A DNA stretch of 64,000 nucleotides from a virus. Of this stretch, positions 1 through 11,628 are shown one piece after another. The notes beneath the pieces are model-generated. The model was not told the DNA's origin and made no database searches. It saw only the letters and a program-made list of their open reading frames with translations. Made by a program: the position numbers and the translations under genes. Location: IMG/VR virus record IMGVR_UViG_3300020174_000004, positions 35,674 to 99,673 of that record. One strand, written 5' to 3'. The number at the start of each line of letters is the position of its first letter. The first letter of the stretch is position 1.

Positions 1-558
1 AATGAAATAATTGAATTTAATGCTAACACTGATGTCGATAGTACTAATAATTTTATAACAATATCATCAAACCCATTTGTTAATAATGATTTAGTTTTAT
101 ATACTTCAAGAGAATTAGATTATACAAATACATCTCATTATGAAGTAACATTTAATGCTAACTCAGCTATTGATAATGCAAATGATTTTATAACTATATC
201 CTCTAATCAATTGGTAAATAATAATATAGTGTTTTATTCTACAAAATTAGATGGAACTGTGATATCTGGATTATCAAATGCTAATTATTATTATGTTGTT
301 TCGGCTAATTCTACAGGAATAAAACTATCTTCTACATATAATGGAAGTGTTATTAATATAACAAAAGGATTAACCGAAGAGCATATTATTATACAAAAAC
401 ATCCTAGTGCAATAGATAGTTTAACTGATGGCGATGAATATTATGTTGTTTCGGCTAATTCTACAGGAATAAAACTATCTGAAACAAGCAATGGTGATGT
501 AATAGATATAACATCAGGGTTTAACGAGATTCACACTCTTTCAAAGATAACGGTGTAA
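1..558 (+). CDS. C-terminal part of a baseplate/virion structural protein (probably gp7-like wedge); starts upstream of window
   Basis: Frame 1 is open from base 1 to TAA at 556-558; repeated YYVVSANSTGIKLS units; lies directly before the gp8-like gene. Confidence 0.6.
   Translation, partial: NEIIEFNANTDVDSTNNFITISSNPFVNNDLVLYTSRELDYTNTSHYEVTFNANSAIDNANDFITISSNQLVNNNIVFYSTKLDGTVISGLSNANYYYVVSANSTGIKLSSTYNGSVINITKGLTEEHIIIQKHPSAIDSLTDGDEYYVVSANSTGIKLSETSNGDVIDITSGFNEIHTLSKITV
289..480 (+). repeat. 42-bp identical direct repeat (289-330 and 439-480) inside the first ORF
   Basis: tattatgttgtttcggctaattctacaggaataaaactatct occurs twice. Confidence 0.9.
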
Positions 559-561
559 TAA

Positions 562-3500
562 ATGGCAGTCTTAACTATAAAACATGGTGTAAATCAAGCA
601 CAAGATTTTATTGATCATGTGTCAGCGCCAAATAATGCTCTTTATGTTTTTGTTGGCAAACCAACAGAATGGTCAAATGAACCAACACCTGATGTTGCAA
701 ATAATGATGTAAATCAGTTTGAACAAAAAATTTATCATGATATTGTTTTTGGAAAGAGAATAGAATCTACTGATGCAAAATCAATGATTAGAAGAATTAA
801 CTGGACTTCTAATACTGTTTATGATGAATATAATCATTTGGATGGCGATTTATATACTAAAAACTTTTTTGTCATAACAAATGAAAATCTTGTTTTTAAA
901 TGCATTCATAATAATGAAGATGCTAAATCAACTATAAAACCAAATCTAACAACAACATCAGGAACCTTTAAAACTACTGATGGTTATATTTGGAAATATA
1001 TGTTTACCATTGATAGCGATTCCATGAATAGATTTGCAACAAAGGATTATATTCCTGTTATTGCAAATACAATAGTAGAAGATAATGCAACTCCTGGATC
1101 AATTGATCATATTAATATAGTTAATGGTGGCACTAATTATCAAATATATGAAGTAGGCCAGGTTCAGAGATTAGCAAATAGTCAGGCCATAGTAATTTCT
1201 TCTGATGCTTCTGAAAATGATAACATTTATAATCTATCTTCAATTTACTTGAGTTCCGGTCTTGGTGGTAATCAAATTAGAAAAATTAAATCATATGATG
1301 GTTTGAATAAAATTATTATTCCATATGAAAAATTTGATACCTTTGTTAATATTAAGTTATCTAATATTTCTGATACATCAGAATTTTTGGTTGGTGAAAA
1401 TATTTCTCAAGATATAACAAAGCTTAATTATGTTTATTATACTGGGTATTTTACCGAAGGTGATGAAATTAAGCAAACTGATACTGATGCTCTTGGTTCT
1501 TTAATTATAGCAAACTCAAGCGTGTTTCAACTTTTTAGAAGCGGTGATACAGAATTTAATGCAACAGGTGATTATCCAGTATTTAATACGGCTACATCTG
1601 GACTTGAAACATCCAAAACTGGTACGGCCAGTATAACTGCTGCTTGCACGGTTATAACAGGCGTTGGCACATCTTTTGATACCGAATATGCAAATGACGA
1701 ATTTATTAGAGTTGGGCATGCAAACACAAATGCAAATATTAGAAGAATTAATGAAGTAACAAATTCAACACAAATTATAGTAAGTTTTGCTTTTGCTAAT
1801 ACACTATCTGCAAATGCACATTATAAATTAGCTGATGCTTTTAGCATTGAAAGCAAATCAATTTTAAGTTCAAATGGTGAAATTGTTTATCGCAATCTTG
1901 ATGGTGTCAGATTAACATATAATAATTCTATTACTTCATCTTCTGATTTTGTATTAGGTGAAACTATTGATATGGTTGATTCATCTAATAATAATCAATA
2001 TGCAAATGGTATTATTTCATCAATTGATGCAAATACAATTATTGTTTCTGATGTTAGTGGTGTATTTCAAGCATCAAATAATACAGTAGATTTATATGTA
2101 AAAGGAAAGACATCATTATCTAGAGCTCAAATTGATGATGTTGAAGATTATAAAAATATTACAATTATAGCAGATGATAGAAGTCTTGTTAATGGACAGA
2201 AAATTTTCTCTGATGGCGGCGCAAATGCTGTAGTAGAATCTACATTTTTTATTCCCAATGAGCAAACACAATATATAATCTCACCAACTGTTGCTATTAC
2301 TGGTGATGGTTCAAATGCTCTTGCATATTCAGTTGTTAATACTGGAGCAACATCAACAAATTCTGTTTACCAAATTGTTATGATAGATCCGGGATCTGGA
2401 TATACTAACGCCACTATTACAATAACAAGTAATAGTGAATTTGGAAATGGAGCATCCGCTGAAGCATTTATTAGCCCAATACTTGGCCATGGCGCAAATG
2501 CACAAATTGAACTAGGTGCTGATAGAGTTGGAATTAGTACTAAGATAGGAACATTTTCTGAAGAACAATATAAAATATTACCCTATGGTGATTATAGAAA
2601 AATTGGTATAATTAGAAATCCATTATATTCAACAACAAGTAATCCTACTCTTTGGCTACATTTAACTGATCTTGATAGAGTTAAATTGTTTATTGAAAAT
2701 AGAAGTGATATTTTTACAACTGGTGAAACAGTTTTACAGACATCATCAAATGCTACAGGAACTATTGTTTATAGTAATTCAACATATATGGAACTTAAAA
2801 ACATAGTTGGCTCATTTGATGCTAATACTGCTAATGATGATATAACTGGATTAGCATCCGGTGAAACCGCAAATGTTATTGCTGCTAATTCTTCATTGTT
2901 TACTGCTTCAGCTAATTCTATTTTTTATCAGCAAGTAGTTGATAATAATGGACTCGGTGTCTATGGCGCTAATGGAATAATTACTCAAGTAGTTTCAAAT
3001 ACTTTAATTCGTGTATCAGATGTTGCTGGTAGATTGCAAAGTTCTCAACAAATAATTGAACCTTCAACTAATGCATATGCTACAGTTGAATATATCTATA
3101 CTGCAAATAATTCACAAGATATAACCAATAACTATGGCAAGTGGTTTAATCAAACTTCAAGAATTGGCATAAATAGTCAAACAGGTAATTATATTCTTTT
3201 TGAAAAGGTAATTCAAGAAACATCAAATGCTTCTGGTATTATTATAAATTTGACTAATGAGCTTGATTTTACTCTTTCTTCAAACACTGGTGCTTTTATT
3301 GTAGGAGAAAGAATTGATAATACTACTACAAGTGGAAATGCTGTGATTTTATTTGCCAATTCAACATATATAAAATTATCAGATGTTCAAGGAACATTTG
3401 AAGCCGGCGATGGATTTGATGGTCAAAGTTCTGGTGAGTCTGGTGTTGTGGATGAAGCATTTCCGGTTATTGTTGTTAATGATATTGAAAATAGATTCCA

Positions 3501-3684
3501 GAATGGTGATAACTTAATTATTGGTCAAACATCAAATACACAAGGAACTAGTGCATTAGCAAATACCATTACATATCCAGATCTAGTTAGAGAAAGTGGT
3601 GATGTTATCTATATTGAAAACATAGAACCATTTGAAAAGACAATAAATAGTAGAGAAGACATTCGTCTAATTGTAAAATTTTAA
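562..3684 (+). CDS. gp8: Baseplate wedge subunit gp8-like, with large internal insertions
   Basis: N-terminal YVFVGKP..W, RINW, DGYIWKYMFTI; C-terminal GDVIYIENI...REDIRLIVKF, typical of T4-like gp8. Confidence 0.8.
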   Translation: MAVLTIKHGVNQAQDFIDHVSAPNNALYVFVGKPTEWSNEPTPDVANNDVNQFEQKIYHDIVFGKRIESTDAKSMIRRINWTSNTVYDEYNHLDGDLYTKNFFVITNENLVFKCIHNNEDAKSTIKPNLTTTSGTFKTTDGYIWKYMFTIDSDSMNRFATKDYIPVIANTIVEDNATPGSIDHINIVNGGTNYQIYEVGQVQRLANSQAIVISSDASENDNIYNLSSIYLSSGLGGNQIRKIKSYDGLNKIIIPYEKFDTFVNIKLSNISDTSEFLVGENISQDITKLNYVYYTGYFTEGDEIKQTDTDALGSLIIANSSVFQLFRSGDTEFNATGDYPVFNTATSGLETSKTGTASITAACTVITGVGTSFDTEYANDEFIRVGHANTNANIRRINEVTNSTQIIVSFAFANTLSANAHYKLADAFSIESKSILSSNGEIVYRNLDGVRLTYNNSITSSSDFVLGETIDMVDSSNNNQYANGIISSIDANTIIVSDVSGVFQASNNTVDLYVKGKTSLSRAQIDDVEDYKNITIIADDRSLVNGQKIFSDGGANAVVESTFFIPNEQTQYIISPTVAITGDGSNALAYSVVNTGATSTNSVYQIVMIDPGSGYTNATITITSNSEFGNGASAEAFISPILGHGANAQIELGADRVGISTKIGTFSEEQYKILPYGDYRKIGIIRNPLYSTTSNPTLWLHLTDLDRVKLFIENRSDIFTTGETVLQTSSNATGTIVYSNSTYMELKNIVGSFDANTANDDITGLASGETANVIAANSSLFTASANSIFYQQVVDNNGLGVYGANGIITQVVSNTLIRVSDVAGRLQSSQQIIEPSTNAYATVEYIYTANNSQDITNNYGKWFNQTSRIGINSQTGNYILFEKVIQETSNASGIIINLTNELDFTLSSNTGAFIVGERIDNTTTSGNAVILFANSTYIKLSDVQGTFEAGDGFDGQSSGESGVVDEAFPVIVVNDIENRFQNGDNLIIGQTSNTQGTSALANTITYPDLVRESGDVIYIENIEPFEKTINSREDIRLIVKF

Positions 3685-3693
3685 GAGGAAAAG

Positions 3694-6600
3694 ATGGCGA
3701 TCACAACAGATCTTTCACGTAGACCATATTTTGACGAGTTTGATGCTAATGATAACTTTCATAGAGTTTTATTTAGACCATCAACAGCAGTTCAAACACG
3801 TGAACTTAATGAAATGCAATCTATATTGCAGGATCAGGTAGATAAATTTGGTCGTCATATTTTTAAAAATGGGTCTGTTGTTGAAGGGTGCTCATTTACA
3901 TTTGATAGAAAATATAACTTTGTAAAAATCAATGATACATACACAAATAACTTTGCTATCTCAACAACTTCAGACTTTGTTGGAAACTATATTGAAAATG
4001 AAAATGGATTGCAGGCTTTAATTATTAATTCAGCGGATGGTCTAGAATCAGCAGCTCCAGATTTTAATACTTTATATGTTTCTTATTTAAATTCTGCTGC
4101 ATATGCAAATGGTGATCCACAAAAAAGTTTTGATAAAGGTGATGCATTAACATTATATACAACGGCAAATGTTCAAATTGGTAATTCAACTATTGAAGTT
4201 GCAACTCCTGCAAATACTTCAGAAGCTTCTGTTGGTTTTGGTTATGCTTTTACTACAACCGAAGGCGTAATTTTTAAAGATGGATATTTTGTAAGAGTTC
4301 CAACACAAACTATACTTGTCAGTAAGTATGATAATACTCCTAATAATGTTTCTATTGGATTTAAACTTGATGAATCAATCATAACACCAGAAGCAGATAC
4401 CACGCTACTTGATAATGCGGCTGGTTCTCCAAACTTTTCAGCACCTGGCGCGCATAGACTTAAATTAGTACCAACATTAGAAAAAAGAACTACATCAAAT
4501 ATTGATACTAATATATTCTTTTCATTATGTGATTTTAAAAATGGTTATCCAGTCACTATTAAGAATGATGCTCAGTACGCTGCTCTTGGAGCAGAACAAG
4601 CAAGAAGAACATATGAAACAAATGGCGACTTTGTTGTAAAACCATTTCTATTAAATACTGAAACACATGCTTCAAATGCTGAGCTTTTAAATCTTGTTGT
4701 TTCACAAGGTCTTGGATATGCCAAAGGATATAGAGTTGAATATCTTAATAATAATATTTTAGATTTGCGTAAAGGAACAGATTATGCTAATTCTGAAGTA
4801 ACAATTACTTCAAATTATGAAAATTATTTTATTGTTGATGATTATGTTGGCGAATTTGATACAGATCAATTAATTGAAGTTGAATTACATAATGCATTCA
4901 AAAATGCATTAACAGATCGTGGTTTTCTAGGAACTGCAGCTGGATCAACACAAATTGGTACAGCTAAAATTAGAAGTGTACTTCATGAATCCGGAACACC
5001 TGGTACTTCTGATGCGCAATATAAATTATACATATTTGATATTGTAATGAATGCTGGCTATTCAACATCTGATGTTAAATCTGTAATGTATACTTCAGGT
5101 GGTTCAACTGTTGCATGCGCTGATATTGTTCAAATTTATAATGCTTCTCTTGGCGCTAATACAACAAGACTTGAAGGAGATTCTCAAAGAACATTATTAT
5201 TTAGACTTGGTCCAAAGGCTTTAACTACAAATGGATTTGGATCTTCAGCTTCATTTTCATATAGAAATAAAGAGTCCGGCACTATTCTAGCAAATGGTCA
5301 AATAACCATTACTCTTTCTTCTGATACGTTTCCTTATTCTGGAACACTATCAACTTCGCAAAAACAAGAATTTATTCTTATTCCAACAGCCAATCAGGTT
5401 TCTACTAAAACAGGAACCGTAAACACTTATTCAAATTCAACAGTTACGGGTGTTGGAACCAGCTTTACTTCAGAATATAGTGCTGGTGATTATGTAACTA
5501 TTGATGGTTATACTAGAAGAATTACACAAGTATCAAATAATACACATATGAAAATAGATGCAAATGCATCTTATAGCAATACTGGAGCAACACATAAAAA
5601 GATTTTTATCAATGGTGTACCAATTCCATTAGATAGATCTGCAAGAAGTGTTATTGTTAATTCAACTACTGAAACAGAAATTAATCTTAATGAAACTTTT
5701 GATTCTTCTGGTACTCTTGCTGCTGTTGTGTATCATAAAGCAAAAAGATCTTCTGCACAACCAATTCAAAAAGACATTAAGAAAGCTCGTTATGTTAAGA
5801 TAGATTGTTCAAATTCTTCTTATGGAACTTCTGGACCATGGCCTTTTGGTTTCTCTGATGTTCATAAAATTAATGCTGTTTATATTGGCACTGGTGGTGT
5901 ATATTCCAACACTGGAACTGATTATAAAAATTATTTTACTCTTGATAATGGTCAGAAAGATTCATATTATGCAATATCTACTTTAAAAACTAAAACAAAT
6001 TCTTTATTAAGTAATACTTCAACTATTCTTGTTGAATTTGATTATTTTGATCACGATGAATCAGCCGGTAAAGGTTTCTTTACTGCTGCTTCTTATCCTG
6101 TTTATGCCAATGATTATATAGATTCAACACATATCTCCATTAAAGATATTCCACTATATACTTCTTCAAAAGGCCAGGTATATGATTTACGTGATCATGT
6201 AGATTTTAGACCATATGCTGCAAATACAGCAGTTGATACAGGAACAGTTGCAAGCGCAACAGTTAATCCTATAGCAACTATATCATGGGATTTACCAGTT
6301 GAAGGTTCTTATATCCCTGTTCCCGATTCAGAATTTACAACTGATCTGGCATATTATCTACCACGTGTTGATAGAGTTATGATGACTACTGGGGGACAGA
6401 TAAGAATTATTGAAGGTGAATCATCATTAACACCCGTGCCTCCTCTTGCTAAAGAAGATATGATGAATCTTGGAACTGTTAGAGTTACACAATATCCAAC
6501 TTTAACACCATATGAAGCAAAATTAGCCAATCGTTATGATTATTCAGTTACTGTTGATATTAAACAAAACAAAAGATATACAATGAGAGATATTGCCGGT

Positions 6601-7893
6601 ATTGAGTCAAGAATTAATGTTCTTGAATATTATACTGCTTTAAACCTTCTTGAAAAAAATGCTAATGATTTATTAGTAAGAAGTGATTCAACAGGTCTTA
6701 ATAGATTTAAAAATGGATTTATGGTTGATAACTTTGATACATTTGCAGTTACCAATACTTTACATCCAAAGTTTAATATTTCTCTTGATAAAAAGAAATC
6801 AGAATTAAGACCAAAATTTAAAGTTAGAAGATTTACTTTGGATTTTGATTCTTCTAAGAGTTCAAATGTTGTTAAAAAAGGTAAATCAATATTATTAACT
6901 CATACTTCTTCACTTTTAACAAGACAAAATTTTGCTACAAAATATAGAAATTGTATTGAAGGCAATATATATAATCATATTGGAAGAATAGAAATTCCGT
7001 TAGAAGGATCAATTGAACCATGTTATGATACTTTACCGGATGTTGTATCAAACCTTGATTTATCACAGAACTGGATAACTTTAGCAAATGCATGGGAAAC
7101 TGAATGGGGTACATGGGAAACACAAAGCACTAGACAAACTGGCACTTCGAGTTCAAGTACATCATCTACATCATCTGCATGGGATTATTATGGTGGTGAA
7201 ACTGTTACTACTACTACTTATACAACTACAGTTGATACGTTTGCCGAACAACAAAAAAGAATTGGTCAAGATTTAGTTACAACAAATAATAATACTTCTA
7301 TAAATTTAGGTCAATATATACAAAGCATTAATATATTACCATATATTAATGCTCAAACTGTACAATTTTATGCTTATGATTTAAAACCTAATACTAGAGT
7401 ATATCTTTATTTTAATGATATTCTTTTAAGTTATAGTACAAGATTGGATAATAATAGTTATGTTAGAAGATTAGATACTTCAACTAATGCTTCAAATATA
7501 TTTCAAAACTCTGATGAAATAACATATCAATTAAAAGAAGAACTTATTACTGATTCTAAAGGACGTGTATTTGGCGTAATTAATATACCACCAAATACAT
7601 TTAAACAAGAACAATCGTTAATTAAAATTTTAGATATAGATGATTTAACACAAGGTGAAGATGCTATAACTACTTCAGCTATTAAAGAATTTTATGCATC
7701 TAAATTACATGTTAACTATGCAAGTTCTATTTTAAATGTAAAATCGCCATTATTAGAATGGAGTGAAGTAGATGCAAATAGAACTATAACATATACAGAA
7801 ACAGGAACGAATGTTGTAAGAACATCAATATATATAGAGCCACCACCACCGCCAGAAGACGAGTATTACTTTGAATGTGCTTCTTGTCCATAA
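3694..7893 (+). CDS. Large virion structural protein (VrlC/DUF4815-like), N-terminal part
   Basis: PYFDEF..FHRVLFRP..AVQTRELNEMQSILQ, APGAHRLK, ARRTYETNG, RYTMRDI, NRFKNGFMVDNF motifs. Confidence 0.75.
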   Translation: MAITTDLSRRPYFDEFDANDNFHRVLFRPSTAVQTRELNEMQSILQDQVDKFGRHIFKNGSVVEGCSFTFDRKYNFVKINDTYTNNFAISTTSDFVGNYIENENGLQALIINSADGLESAAPDFNTLYVSYLNSAAYANGDPQKSFDKGDALTLYTTANVQIGNSTIEVATPANTSEASVGFGYAFTTTEGVIFKDGYFVRVPTQTILVSKYDNTPNNVSIGFKLDESIITPEADTTLLDNAAGSPNFSAPGAHRLKLVPTLEKRTTSNIDTNIFFSLCDFKNGYPVTIKNDAQYAALGAEQARRTYETNGDFVVKPFLLNTETHASNAELLNLVVSQGLGYAKGYRVEYLNNNILDLRKGTDYANSEVTITSNYENYFIVDDYVGEFDTDQLIEVELHNAFKNALTDRGFLGTAAGSTQIGTAKIRSVLHESGTPGTSDAQYKLYIFDIVMNAGYSTSDVKSVMYTSGGSTVACADIVQIYNASLGANTTRLEGDSQRTLLFRLGPKALTTNGFGSSASFSYRNKESGTILANGQITITLSSDTFPYSGTLSTSQKQEFILIPTANQVSTKTGTVNTYSNSTVTGVGTSFTSEYSAGDYVTIDGYTRRITQVSNNTHMKIDANASYSNTGATHKKIFINGVPIPLDRSARSVIVNSTTETEINLNETFDSSGTLAAVVYHKAKRSSAQPIQKDIKKARYVKIDCSNSSYGTSGPWPFGFSDVHKINAVYIGTGGVYSNTGTDYKNYFTLDNGQKDSYYAISTLKTKTNSLLSNTSTILVEFDYFDHDESAGKGFFTAASYPVYANDYIDSTHISIKDIPLYTSSKGQVYDLRDHVDFRPYAANTAVDTGTVASATVNPIATISWDLPVEGSYIPVPDSEFTTDLAYYLPRVDRVMMTTGGQIRIIEGESSLTPVPPLAKEDMMNLGTVRVTQYPTLTPYEAKLANRYDYSVTVDIKQNKRYTMRDIAGIESRINVLEYYTALNLLEKNANDLLVRSDSTGLNRFKNGFMVDNFDTFAVTNTLHPKFNISLDKKKSELRPKFKVRRFTLDFDSSKSSNVVKKGKSILLTHTSSLLTRQNFATKYRNCIEGNIYNHIGRIEIPLEGSIEPCYDTLPDVVSNLDLSQNWITLANAWETEWGTWETQSTRQTGTSSSSTSSTSSAWDYYGGETVTTTTYTTTVDTFAEQQKRIGQDLVTTNNNTSINLGQYIQSINILPYINAQTVQFYAYDLKPNTRVYLYFNDILLSYSTRLDNNSYVRRLDTSTNASNIFQNSDEITYQLKEELITDSKGRVFGVINIPPNTFKQEQSLIKILDIDDLTQGEDAITTSAIKEFYASKLHVNYASSILNVKSPLLEWSEVDANRTITYTETGTNVVRTSIYIEPPPPPEDEYYFECASCP

Positions 7894-7911
7894 AAATCAA
7901 GGAAATAATAA

Positions 7912-10428
7912 ATGAAACCAATTGGTCAAACGTTTTTTGTATCAAAACCGCAAAATGGAACGGCTGGTATTTATCTATATAAAATAGATGTATATTTTAA
8001 ATCTATTGATCCTGATAAAGGTATAGTTTTACAATTAAGAGAAACTGATAATGGATACCCTACTTCTATAGTTATACCAAATAGTGAATGTTTCGCTTTT
8101 CCTGACGGTGATTATCAAGATGCTATAGCAAATCCAGATGATTATGGTGGGCTTTGGGATGATCAACCCACACATAATATTGCATATGCATCAGATGATG
8201 CTAGTGCTGCTACTAGTTTTACTTTTAAACAACCACCATATTTAGAAGCAAATAAATCATATGCATTTGTTTTAATACCCGGAGGTGGAACCGATAAATA
8301 TGAAGTTTGGACTTCAGAAATTGGACAAACTGATGTATTAACAAATAATTTAGTAAGTAAAAATAATGACACAGGAACTTTGTTTATATCATCAAACGAT
8401 ATTCAATGGACTCCTATACAAACTGAAGATATAAAATTTTCAATACATCAAGCTAGTTTTACTAACACTTCTGGTAGCGCAATATTAAATGTAGCAAATA
8501 CAGATTCTTTTTATATAAAAGATACTGTTGGAACTTTTCGAAAAGGTGAAACTGCATATGTTAGTAATGCAGTGTTTGATATTTCAAGATTAGTTATTGC
8601 TTCCAATTCTGCTGCATTTACAACATCAGAAACAGTTTATCAGAGCAATGGAACAGCAAATATTGCATTTGGTACTTTAACTTTTGCTAATACAACTAAT
8701 CTTGTTGTTGCAAATACCAGAGGTGTATTTGATGCTTCATATGAAGTAAAAGGAATCACTTCAACAGCAAATGCTTCACTTTCTTCAGTTGTAGATGATA
8801 CTACTTTCTCCAGTGGTTCAAATACTATAACAGTGCCATATTCAGGTGTTTTTTCTAATGGTGATTATATTTTTGTAGCTAAAAGTTCTTTAGCCAATGG
8901 GCTTTTTAGAAGAATTACTTCTATAAATTCAAATACGGAGATTCGAGTTAATACTAATATGCCTTATACCGAATCAACTGGCGCATTTATAGCAAGATAT
9001 GATAATATTGGAGGATTGATTAACACACAAGAAATTTATGATCAAAATAAACAATCTATAGTATTAATTTTTCAAAAATCTTTTACTTCTTCAAGAAATC
9101 ATTCTGGATCTAAAATATATAATGAATATGTGTTTGGACTTTCTTCTAAATCAGCAGCAAAAATAGATTCACAAAGTGAAATTCAATATAATTCAATAAC
9201 TCCTTTAATTTTAGAATTTGAACCAAAAGATACGTCATTAACATATTCATTTAAAGGCTTAGATGATGATGGAAATTATACATCTGATGATTCTTCATAT
9301 TTAAATTTAAAAAATAAAATTGCTGCCGAATTATATGATAAACAAAGAATTTTAGCTAATTATAGTAATGAATTGGAAAATAGATCAGGTTCTGCAAATA
9401 CTTCTTTAAGAATTAAAGTAGATTTTGCAACTGGAAATAATGAAATTTCTCCTAATATTGATATGATGTCAAGATACATTACTTTAACAGAAAATATTCT
9501 TGTATCAGATGAAAATTTAACTGGTTATTATTTAACTCTTAATAAAACTCTTGATAACCAATTGGATGTTCCAGCTGTAGGTTCAACTGTTACGCTTGGA
9601 TCTAATACAGCAGAAGTAGCATATGCTAATACTACATTTGTTAGAGTAATTAATAATTCAGGAAAATTTCCATCAAATCCGGGTAATATGACATTTGATA
9701 CATTTACAGCAAATGTTTCAATTGCTGAATACTATTCAGAAAGTTTGGATAATGGATTTGATGATGTGGCAAGATATATTTCTAAAAGCACATCACTCGC
9801 TCCAAATCAAGAAGCCGATGATGCAATAACATATTTAACTGCATATAGACCAGCAAACACCGGCATATATGTTTATATTAAGGCTCTTGGTGTAAATGAT
9901 TCTAGTGATTTTGAAAATAGAGTTTGGTCACAAATGCCAGAAAAAAATTCTATTGGATTATTAAGCAGTAAGGCTAATATTAATGACTATGTTGAATTAG
10001 AATATAATCTTCCAACAAGTAAAGGTCTTTTTGCTGATTCTGGAAGTTGTGGATCTACCTCAGCAAATGTTGGAATGTTTAATACAGAAACTCTTTCTGT
10101 TGGTGATTTTATATATGTTAAGGATAATGCAAACTCAACATTCACTGTAAGAGAAGTTATATCCGTAACAAATTCAAGTTCAGTTGTTGTATCAAGTAAT
10201 GTAGGTTTTACATCTTCAAATGCGGCAATTGGTGTTATACCAGACCTATCACATGAAAATGGCGTATTTAAATATCATGATAATGAATATATTTCTAAAT
10301 ATGTAAATAGTTCTGGTGATGTCCATGATACAATCAAACAATTTGCTATTAAGATAATACTAACCGGTGATAATCATTATATTATTCCACGTGTTGCTGA
10401 TATGAGAACTCTAGCATTACAGAACTAA
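7912..10428 (+). CDS. Virion structural protein (C-terminal part of the VrlC/DUF4815-like protein, as a separate ORF)
   Basis: Starts MKPIGQTFFV (cf. DPLAQTF); GTLFISSN..WT...EDIKF; ends FAIKIIL...PRVADMRTLAL. Confidence 0.7.
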   Translation: MKPIGQTFFVSKPQNGTAGIYLYKIDVYFKSIDPDKGIVLQLRETDNGYPTSIVIPNSECFAFPDGDYQDAIANPDDYGGLWDDQPTHNIAYASDDASAATSFTFKQPPYLEANKSYAFVLIPGGGTDKYEVWTSEIGQTDVLTNNLVSKNNDTGTLFISSNDIQWTPIQTEDIKFSIHQASFTNTSGSAILNVANTDSFYIKDTVGTFRKGETAYVSNAVFDISRLVIASNSAAFTTSETVYQSNGTANIAFGTLTFANTTNLVVANTRGVFDASYEVKGITSTANASLSSVVDDTTFSSGSNTITVPYSGVFSNGDYIFVAKSSLANGLFRRITSINSNTEIRVNTNMPYTESTGAFIARYDNIGGLINTQEIYDQNKQSIVLIFQKSFTSSRNHSGSKIYNEYVFGLSSKSAAKIDSQSEIQYNSITPLILEFEPKDTSLTYSFKGLDDDGNYTSDDSSYLNLKNKIAAELYDKQRILANYSNELENRSGSANTSLRIKVDFATGNNEISPNIDMMSRYITLTENILVSDENLTGYYLTLNKTLDNQLDVPAVGSTVTLGSNTAEVAYANTTFVRVINNSGKFPSNPGNMTFDTFTANVSIAEYYSESLDNGFDDVARYISKSTSLAPNQEADDAITYLTAYRPANTGIYVYIKALGVNDSSDFENRVWSQMPEKNSIGLLSSKANINDYVELEYNLPTSKGLFADSGSCGSTSANVGMFNTETLSVGDFIYVKDNANSTFTVREVISVTNSSSVVVSSNVGFTSSNAAIGVIPDLSHENGVFKYHDNEYISKYVNSSGDVHDTIKQFAIKIILTGDNHYIIPRVADMRTLALQN

Positions 10429-10429
10429 G

Positions 10430-10654
10430 ATGGCAGAAAATTATTTAAAAGTAATAGATAATAAAAATCTTCTTAGACATGCTAGTTCTCGTGGAATAGT
10501 AAACACAGATGATGATGGACTAAAAAAATATCGTGAAGAACGTGATCGAGCAAAGAAACTAAATAATATTGTAGAAGAACAGGATAAAATTAATCAAGAA
10601 CTTAATGATATTAAGTCTTTGTTATCACAAATTTTAAATAAGATAGAGAAGTAA
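10430..10654 (+). CDS. Small conserved T4-like hypothetical protein with coiled-coil C-terminus
   Basis: NLLRHASSRGIVN, ELNDIKSLL; usual position after the VrlC-like gene. Confidence 0.65.
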   Translation: MAENYLKVIDNKNLLRHASSRGIVNTDDDGLKKYREERDRAKKLNNIVEEQDKINQELNDIKSLLSQILNKIEK

Positions 10655-11620
10655 ATGACAATATCAGTATCACCAGTTACTAATACTCAAACCTTTGGTG
10701 TTTGGTTATCAAGATCAAACCAGGTGTATAAAATCATAAGTAACAATGCAGTGACATGTGATTTAACATCCGACGGTTCTTTAACTACAGGTAATGGTCA
10801 TGTAAATGGTTATTTTTCAGCGGTAGTATTAGCAGCAAATTCTTATATTAGAGGTGGCGATGTTAATACTGTAAACACTTTATATGTTGCTTCAAATACA
10901 ATATTTCAGCCAAATGGTTCTTCGCAACCAAACACTCTTTATATTACTGCTAATTCTACTGTATCGCAGACACAAGTAACGTCTGTAGTAACCAATATTA
11001 CTTCTACAAATACAGCCGTTTCTGGTTCTAGATTAGATGTTAGTTCAACATTAGCAAATGTTACTTCAACTAATTTTAATGTTACATCAATATCAACATT
11101 TAGTGGTAATACAACATTTAAGTATTCAACAACAGATCTTGTTAGTTTAACTGGAAATAGTACAGTTACAGCTCTTGTAGCAAATGTTGCAAATCTTCAT
11201 GTTACAGGAACACAATCAAATCTAAATGCAACATATGTTGGAATTAATTCTCAAAGAACAGTAATAACTGGAAACACTGAAGTTTACGCTCTTAAAGTTG
11301 ATACTATTTCTTATACAGATACAGCAACACATACAACTTCAAGCACAAGTGCAGAAACAGTTGACACATTTGCTTTAGCGACATTTAGATCTGCAGAATA
11401 TACTGTTTCAATTACATCAGGAAGCGATTATCAATCTTCAAAATTATTAGTACTTCATGATGGAACAACTGCTTCTGTTACAGAATTTGGAACTTTAAGA
11501 ACAGGATCAAATCTTGTTACTTTTGAGGCTGATATTTCAGGATCCGATGTTAGACTTAGAGGAACTTCTGCTTCTTCAGGTGCTGTTATAAATATTCATA
11601 GAGTAGCAATGTACGTCTGA
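10655..11620 (+). CDS. Virion structural/fibre-like protein
   Basis: TQTFGVWL N-terminus; S/T/N-rich beta-repeat middle; C-terminal FRSAEY..LLVLHDG..TEFG domain. Confidence 0.6.
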   Translation: MTISVSPVTNTQTFGVWLSRSNQVYKIISNNAVTCDLTSDGSLTTGNGHVNGYFSAVVLAANSYIRGGDVNTVNTLYVASNTIFQPNGSSQPNTLYITANSTVSQTQVTSVVTNITSTNTAVSGSRLDVSSTLANVTSTNFNVTSISTFSGNTTFKYSTTDLVSLTGNSTVTALVANVANLHVTGTQSNLNATYVGINSQRTVITGNTEVYALKVDTISYTDTATHTTSSTSAETVDTFALATFRSAEYTVSITSGSDYQSSKLLVLHDGTTASVTEFGTLRTGSNLVTFEADISGSDVRLRGTSASSGAVINIHRVAMYV

Positions 11621-11628
11621 GGATAAAA

